Source of the DNA: Escherichia coli 042
Lineage (GTDB): Bacteria; Pseudomonadota; Gammaproteobacteria; Enterobacterales; Enterobacteriaceae
DNA: 64,000 bases
Reading direction: 5' to 3' (one strand)
NCBI RefSeq assembly: GCF_000027125.1
Contig: NC_017626.1
Part shown: positions 57,359 through 64,000 of the stretch, piece by piece
How positions within the stretch are numbered: the first letter of the stretch is position 1
Layout: each line of letters opens with the position of its first letter
The notes under the pieces: model-generated
Seen by the model: the letters and a program-made list of their open reading frames with translations, nothing else
What the model was told of the DNA's origin: nothing
Database searches by the model: none
Program-made: the position numbers and the translations under genes

Positions 57359-60031
57359 ATGCGTCAGAAAGAGACAACGGCCACGACCCGCTTTTCACTC
57401 CTACCGGGGAGCATTACCCGCTTCTTTTTACTGTTGATCATTGTGTTACTGGTGACGATGGGGGTAATGGTACAAAGTGCCGTTAACGCCTGGCTGAAAG
57501 ATAAAAGTTACCAGATTGTCGACATTACCCACGCAATCCAAAAGCGCGTCGATACCTGGCGTTACGTGACCTGGCAGATTTACGACAACATTGCCGCGAC
57601 GACCTCCCCCTCCTCCGGCGAAGGTTTACAAGAGACGCGCCTGAAACAGGATGTCTACTATCTGGAGAAACCACGCCGCAAAACGGAAGCGTTAATCTTT
57701 GGCTCTCACGACAACTCAACGCTTGAGATGACTCAACGGATGTCCACTTATCTGGATACATTGTGGGGCGCAGAAAATGTACCGTGGTCGATGTATTACC
57801 TGAATGGTCAGGATAACAGTCTGGTGCTGATCTCAACCCTGCCCCTCAAAGATCTCACCTCCGGTTTTAAAGAATCGACCGTCAGCGACATTGTTGATTC
57901 ACGTCGTGCAGAGATGTTGCAACAGGCCAACGCCCTCGATGAACGCGAAAGCTTTTCTAACATGCGCCGCCTGGCCTGGCAGAACGGTCATTACTTTACC
58001 TTGCGTACCACCTTTAACCAGCCGGGACATCTGGCAACGGTTGTGGCTTTTGATCTGCCGATTAATGATTTGATCCCACCGGGTATGCCGCTGGACAGTT
58101 TCCGCCTTGAGCCAGACGCGACGGCAACGGGAGACAATGATAATGAGAAAGAAGGGACGGATAGCGTCAGTATCCACTTTAACAGTACGAAGATTGAAAT
58201 CTCCTCGGCACTCAACTCTACCGATATGCGACTGGTCTGGCAGGTTCCTTATGGCACCTTATTGCTGGATACGTTGCAAAACATTCTGCTGCCACTGCTG
58301 CTGAACATCGGTTTGCTGGCGCTGGCGTTATTTGGCTATACCACATTCCGCCATTTCTCCAGTCGCAGTACAGAAAGTCTACCCAACACGGCGGTCAATA
58401 ACGAATTGCGCATTTTACGGGCAATCAATGAAGAGATAGTCTCACTGCTGCCGCTCGGCCTGCTGGTTCACGATCAGGAATCGAACCGCACTGTCATAAG
58501 TAACAAAATTGCCGATCATTTGCTGCCGCATTTGAATCTGCAAAACATCACCACCATGGCGGAACAGCATCAGGGGATTATTCAGGCGACGATCAATAAC
58601 GAGCTGTATGAGATCCGCATGTTCCGCAGCCAGGTCGCGCCGCGCACACAAATTTTCATTATTCGCGATCAGGATCGCGAAGTGCTGGTAAACAAGAAAC
58701 TCAAGCAGGCGCAGCGTCTGTATGAGAAAAACCAGCAGGGGCGGATGACCTTTATGAAAAACATTGGCGATGCGCTGAAAGAACCTGCACAGTCCCTGGC
58801 GGAGAGCGCGGCTAAACTCAACGCCCCGGAAAGCAAACAACTGGCGAATCAGGCAGATGTGCTGGTGCGGCTGGTCGATGAAATACAGTTAGCGAACATG
58901 CTTGCGGACGATAGCTGGAAAAGTGAGACGGTGCTGTTCTCCGTGCAGGATTTGATTGATGAAGTTGTGCCTTCAGTGTTGCCTGCCATCAAGCGTAAAG
59001 GTCTGCAACTGCTGATTAACAATCATCTGAAAGCACACGATATGCGCCGCGGCGATCGCGATGCCTTACGACGTATTTTGCTGCTACTGATGCAATATGC
59101 CGTGACCTCAACGCAATTGGGAAAAATCACCCTTGAGGTTGATCAGGATGAGTCCTCCGAAGACCGCCTGACGTTCCGCATTCTGGACACCGGAGAAGGC
59201 GTAAGCATTCATGAAATGGATAATTTGCACTTCCCGTTTATCAACCAGACCCAAAACGATCGCTATGGCAAGGCGGACCCGCTGGCATTCTGGCTGAGCG
59301 ATCAACTGGCACGTAAACTGGGCGGCCATTTAAACATTAAAACGCGGGATGGGCTTGGTACACGCTACTCTGTGCATATCAAAATGCTCGCAGCTGACCC
59401 GGAAGTTGAAGAGGAAGAAGAGCGTTTACTGGATGATGTCTGCGTAATGGTGGATGTTACTTCGGCAGAAATTCGGAATATTGTCACTCGCCAGTTAGAA
59501 AATTGGGGTGCAACCTGTATCACACCCGATGAAAGATTAATTAGTCAAGATTATGATATCTTTTTAACGGATAATCCGTCTAATCTTACTGCCTCTGGCT
59601 TGCTTTTAAGCGATGATGAGTCTGGCGTACGGGAAATTGGGCCTGGTCAATTGTGCGTCAACTTCAATATGAGCAACGCTATGCAGGAAGCGGTCTTACA
59701 ATTAATTGAAGTGCAACTGGCGCAGGAAGAGGTGACAGAATCGCCTCTGGGCGGAGATGAAAATGCGCAACTCCATGCCAGCGGCTATTATGCGCTCTTT
59801 GTAGACACAGTACCGGATGATGTTAAGAGGCTGTATACTGAAGCAGCAACCAGTGACTTTGCTGCGTTAGCCCAAACGGCTCATCGTCTTAAAGGCGTAT
59901 TTGCCATGCTAAATCTGGTACCCGGCAAGCAGTTATGTGAAACGCTGGAACATCTGATTCGTGAGAAGGATGTTCCAGGAATAGAAAAATACATCAGCGA
60001 CATTGACAGTTATGTCAAGAGCTTGCTGTAG
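57359..60031 (+). CDS. rcsD: phosphotransfer intermediate protein RcsD (YojN)
   Basis: 890 aa; N-terminal TM segments; C-terminal HPt-like domain; immediately upstream of rcsB. Confidence 0.93.
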   Translation: MRQKETTATTRFSLLPGSITRFFLLLIIVLLVTMGVMVQSAVNAWLKDKSYQIVDITHAIQKRVDTWRYVTWQIYDNIAATTSPSSGEGLQETRLKQDVYYLEKPRRKTEALIFGSHDNSTLEMTQRMSTYLDTLWGAENVPWSMYYLNGQDNSLVLISTLPLKDLTSGFKESTVSDIVDSRRAEMLQQANALDERESFSNMRRLAWQNGHYFTLRTTFNQPGHLATVVAFDLPINDLIPPGMPLDSFRLEPDATATGDNDNEKEGTDSVSIHFNSTKIEISSALNSTDMRLVWQVPYGTLLLDTLQNILLPLLLNIGLLALALFGYTTFRHFSSRSTESLPNTAVNNELRILRAINEEIVSLLPLGLLVHDQESNRTVISNKIADHLLPHLNLQNITTMAEQHQGIIQATINNELYEIRMFRSQVAPRTQIFIIRDQDREVLVNKKLKQAQRLYEKNQQGRMTFMKNIGDALKEPAQSLAESAAKLNAPESKQLANQADVLVRLVDEIQLANMLADDSWKSETVLFSVQDLIDEVVPSVLPAIKRKGLQLLINNHLKAHDMRRGDRDALRRILLLLMQYAVTSTQLGKITLEVDQDESSEDRLTFRILDTGEGVSIHEMDNLHFPFINQTQNDRYGKADPLAFWLSDQLARKLGGHLNIKTRDGLGTRYSVHIKMLAADPEVEEEEERLLDDVCVMVDVTSAEIRNIVTRQLENWGATCITPDERLISQDYDIFLTDNPSNLTASGLLLSDDESGVREIGPGQLCVNFNMSNAMQEAVLQLIEVQLAQEEVTESPLGGDENAQLHASGYYALFVDTVPDDVKRLYTEAATSDFAALAQTAHRLKGVFAMLNLVPGKQLCETLEHLIREKDVPGIEKYISDIDSYVKSLL

Positions 60032-60047
60032 CAAGGTAGCCTATTAC

Positions 60048-60698
60048 ATGAACAATATGAACGTAATTATTGCCGATGACCATCCGATAGTCTTGTTCGG
60101 TATTCGCAAATCACTTGAGCAAATTGAGTGGGTGAATGTTGTCGGCGAATTTGAAGACTCTACAGCACTGATCAACAACCTGCCGAAACTGGATGCGCAT
60201 GTGTTGATTACCGATCTCTCCATGCCTGGCGATAAGTACGGCGATGGCATTACCTTAATCAAGTACATCAAGCGCCATTTCCCAAGCCTGTCGATCATTG
60301 TTCTGACTATGAACAACAACCCGGCGATTCTTAGTGCGGTATTGGATCTGGATATCGAAGGGATCGTGCTGAAACAAGGTGCACCGACCGATCTGCCGAA
60401 AGCTCTCGCCGCGCTGCAGAAAGGGAAGAAATTTACCCCGGAAAGCGTTTCTCGCCTGTTGGAAAAAATCAGTGCTGGTGGTTACGGTGACAAGCGTCTC
60501 TCGCCAAAAGAGAGTGAAGTTCTGCGCCTGTTTGCGGAAGGTTTCCTGGTGACTGAGATCGCTAAAAAGCTGAACCGCAGTATCAAAACCATCAGTAGCC
60601 AGAAGAAATCTGCGATGATGAAGCTGGGTGTCGAGAACGATATTGCTCTGCTGAATTATCTCTCTTCTGTGACCTTAAGTCCGGCAGATAAAGACTAA
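60048..60698 (+). CDS. rcsB: response regulator RcsB
   Basis: 216 aa from the internal ATG MNNMNVIIADDHPIVLFGIRKSL...; receiver domain plus LuxR-type HTH. Confidence 0.95.
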   Translation: MNNMNVIIADDHPIVLFGIRKSLEQIEWVNVVGEFEDSTALINNLPKLDAHVLITDLSMPGDKYGDGITLIKYIKRHFPSLSIIVLTMNNNPAILSAVLDLDIEGIVLKQGAPTDLPKALAALQKGKKFTPESVSRLLEKISAGGYGDKRLSPKESEVLRLFAEGFLVTEIAKKLNRSIKTISSQKKSAMMKLGVENDIALLNYLSSVTLSPADKD

Positions 60699-60702
60699 TC
60701 AC

Positions 60703-60897
<195 letters not shown>

Positions 60898-60902
<5 letters not shown>

Positions 60903-63747
60903 ATTCCCGCGATTTCCTGACCCTCTCGGCATATACCGTCAGCGTCTGTTTTATCACATCCAGCGTTACCGGCTTCGACAGGCAGCTGTCCATACCGGAC
61001 TCCAGACACCGCTGCTTCTCTTCAGCCAACGCATTAGCAGTTACTCCGATTACCGGCAACGTCAGTCCCAACTGACGAATGCGTTGCGTCAAGCGGTAAC
61101 CATCCATATTTGGCATGTTGACGTCGCTAAGCACGATATCAATATGATTCTTGCTAAGTACATTAAGCGCATCGACGCCATCATTCGCGGTTTTACATTG
61201 ATAGCCCAACGATCCCAACTGATCTGCCAGCAGACGTCGGTTAATCGGATGATCATCCACGACCAGAATCATCATATCGTCATTATCGCTGACCGCTTTG
61301 TCCGTCGACGGCAGAGCGTTAGCAGGATCGTCGCTCTCCATCTCGATCAAATAAATACGCGCCAACAATGCCGGTAGCTCATGCGGAGCAGCCACACTGT
61401 GTACCCACTCTCCTGGCGCTTTCTCCAGCGGAATACCAATATGTCGACGACAGAAGGTCACTACCGCTCTGCCCTGCCATTTTTTACTCACTACCTCGTC
61501 AGTGATTAACACATCTTCGGGAGTCGGTTCCTGCCCTTCGTATGTTGTTACGACGATGCCGCTGCGCTGCAAACTGTTTTCCAGGAACTGACAGAGCGAC
61601 GCATTGCGGACCGCCAGCCAGCAGCGTTTACCACTCAACCCTTCCACGCCTTTTTTCTGCGGGTACTGAGCGCCGTACAACGGAATACGCACGGTAAACT
61701 GGCTGCCCATTCCCGGTTCTGAATCTACCGAGATATCGCCGTCCATCATGCTGATCAGTTTTTCACAAATCGCCAGACCCAGACCGGTCCCCTGGAAGTT
61801 TCGCTGTACGCCCGTTCCGACCTGGAAGAAGGGATCAAACAAGCGCACCACTTCTTTCGCCGGAATCCCCACGCCGGTATCGCGAACACGGATAGAGAGA
61901 TAATCGCCATCAGCGCGAACATGTAGAACTATACAGCCGGTATCGGTGAATTTTATGGCGTTACTCAACAGATTGGAGATGACCTGCTGTAAACGCATCG
62001 GGTCGCCATTTAAGGCCACTGGCACATCCGGTTCAATAAAGCAGTACAAGCCTAGCTGCTTGCGTACCACCAGCGGTAAATAGTTGGCGGTGATGTGGTT
62101 CATCACTTCACGCGGTGAAAACTCACGCGGTTCGATCTTCAACTGTTCCGATTCAATCTTCGAGAAATCGAGAATATCGCTGATAATTTTCAACAACAGG
62201 CTGGAAGAGTTGTTCATTGCCGTCACCAGACGATCGACGCCTTTCGGTAACTCTTTGGTTTGCAAAAGATCCAGGTTACCGATAATGCCATACAGCGGCG
62301 TTCGCAGCTCATGACTGACGGTGGCAAGGAACATCGATTTTGACTGGCTCGCCTGTTCCGCTGCTTGTGCCATCTCCTGCAACGACTCTTCCATCTTCAC
62401 GCGCGAAGAAACATCCACCAGCACACAAATGGCCACGTTTTCATTACGATAGCGCGAATGGACGAAGCTGATTTGCAGATTGGTATTGTTGCTGGTCAGG
62501 ACATCAACAAAATTGACCTGCTGCCCACAGATAATTTGTGTCAGCCGTTGGCGGTCCTCATGCGTAAGCATATTGAGATAGGTATGCGCCAGTTCGTTAC
62601 TTAAAATATTGACGCCATCAGCGGTACGCAAAATGCAGATACCCACTGGCGCGGAGGCGACAATCTTGCGATTAAACTGCTCATGTTCTTCCAGTCGCAA
62701 GGCGTCGCTTTCCGCCGGAATGAAAATACGCCGCTCGTACATCCGCGCGAGAGTAAACAATGCAGCTCCGGCAAGCACATTCAGCAAAATTGCGTTAAGG
62801 ATCAACATGCGAATGCGTTCCAGCACCTTATCAACCGGCACCGAATACACGATGCTTAGCGATGAGGGTGGCAGATTTTTCTTCAGCACCAGCTCCCGGA
62901 ACCCTTCCGTATAGCCAAACCAGGAGCGTTCCTGCATCCAGCGAGGATCGCCCTTAATTTTGCTTTCTGGTCCGGTAAGCGAAATCAGGGTATGACCATT
63001 TTCATCAAGAATGGTAACCCCCATCGGCAACGTACCAGGTAAGAAAAAGTTCTCCATCCGGATGGTCTGCTCGACACCCAAAAGCGCCTGCAACCGGTTC
63101 GCCAGATAAACTGGCGTCAACGCGTAAAAATACCCGACGCCAGGGCGCGGACCTTCGCTGATCCAGTAGAGGTTACTGCCGCTATCATCTTGTGGTGCAT
63201 TTCGATATTTATTGATGCGTTCATGCAACGCTTTCAACGCGGTATCGCGTTCCACTGGCATATCACGCAGACCGAAATTGGCCATGCAGAGGTTATCGCT
63301 GCCGATTAAAAATACCCGGTTGAGATCGTAAGCTGCAGAGAAATTATCGCGCCAGTAGCGCATAAACCACGCCAATGACTCCAGAGAGCCTCGCCAGGTG
63401 TTACTCATTGCGGAACAATCGGAGTCGGCAAACAGCGGTTCAAACGCAGGCACATCCGCCTGCGTTTCTCGTCCACGCGGGGAAAGCACACCGTTTTCTG
63501 CCGATAAGCGATTTTCGGCGATGTACTTCAGCTCTTTCATCACATCAGAGGTGCGTTGAATAAAGCGCTGAGCCTGATCGGAACTCAGATTAAATTCCTG
63601 ACGAATTTCCGATTCTCGCTGATGTAACGCATTAACGATGTAAAAAACGGATGAAAAAGCAATCAACAGCCAGAGCACTAACGCCAATGCTCTGAACATG
63701 TAGCGCGAGGCTTTCAGGGTTGTACGAAAAGAAGCAAGGTATTTCAA
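60898..63747 (-). CDS. rcsC: hybrid sensor histidine kinase RcsC
   Basis: 949 aa; two TM segments; HisKA region with the H-box (VSHELRTPL); HATPase; C-terminal receiver domain. Confidence 0.95.
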
Positions 63748-63913
63748 AGGGGCGAAGCTCCGCCTCAGGTGACCGATGGAGTGTGGTTAAGGTAGCGGTA
63801 AAAGCGTGTTACCGCAATGTTCTCTCTTCTCTGGAATATGATACACCGCCGAGAAATCATCACCTTAACCTCTGATAATCGTCATATACCGGACAAGACT
63901 AGTGGATTTCAGC

Positions 63914-64000
63914 ATGCATTATATGAAGTGGATTTATCCACGCCGCTTACGCAATCAAATGATTCTGATGGCAATCCTGATGGTCATTGTCCCAACGCTT
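63914..64000 (+). CDS. atoS: sensor kinase AtoS, 5' fragment (continues beyond window)
   Basis: The ATG at 63914 opens MHYMKWIYPRRLRNQMILMAILMVIVPTL..., the N-terminus expected downstream of rcsC. Confidence 0.7.
   Translation, partial: MHYMKWIYPRRLRNQMILMAILMVIVPTL

Overview
This window is an Escherichia coli-type chromosomal segment that follows the K-12 gene order from fruB through setB, yeiW/P/Q/R, lpxT, mepS, rtn, yejABEF, yejG, bcr, rsuA, yejH(radD), rplY, yejK/L/M, tRNA-Pro (proL), then yejO, narP, ccmHGFEDCBA, napCBHGADF, eco, mqo, yojI, alkB, ada, apbE, ompC, micF, rcsD, rcsB, rcsC and the start of atoS. All calls rest on reading the six-frame translations and on remembered protein N-termini and synteny; no database search was run. 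The one clearly accessory region is an ~8 kb integrative element between proL and yejO (about 24034-32023). It encodes a P4-family tyrosine integrase, an AlpA-like regulator, an Icd-like small protein, a 712-aa primase/helicase-like replication protein with a Walker A motif, an SSB-like protein, a FinO/ProQ-like protein and a PerC-like regulator. It also carries two clusters of GGGACAAG-type iterons around AT-rich spacers that look like ori/crr-type replication sites, and it is bounded by 25-bp imperfect direct repeats. I read it as a reduced P4-related or PICI-like satellite lacking sid/delta/psu and capsid genes; this is the best candidate for something undescribed. Other non-K-12 features are an apparently intact yejO autotransporter and a divergent ompC allele. 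No CRISPR array, IS element or rRNA gene was seen.
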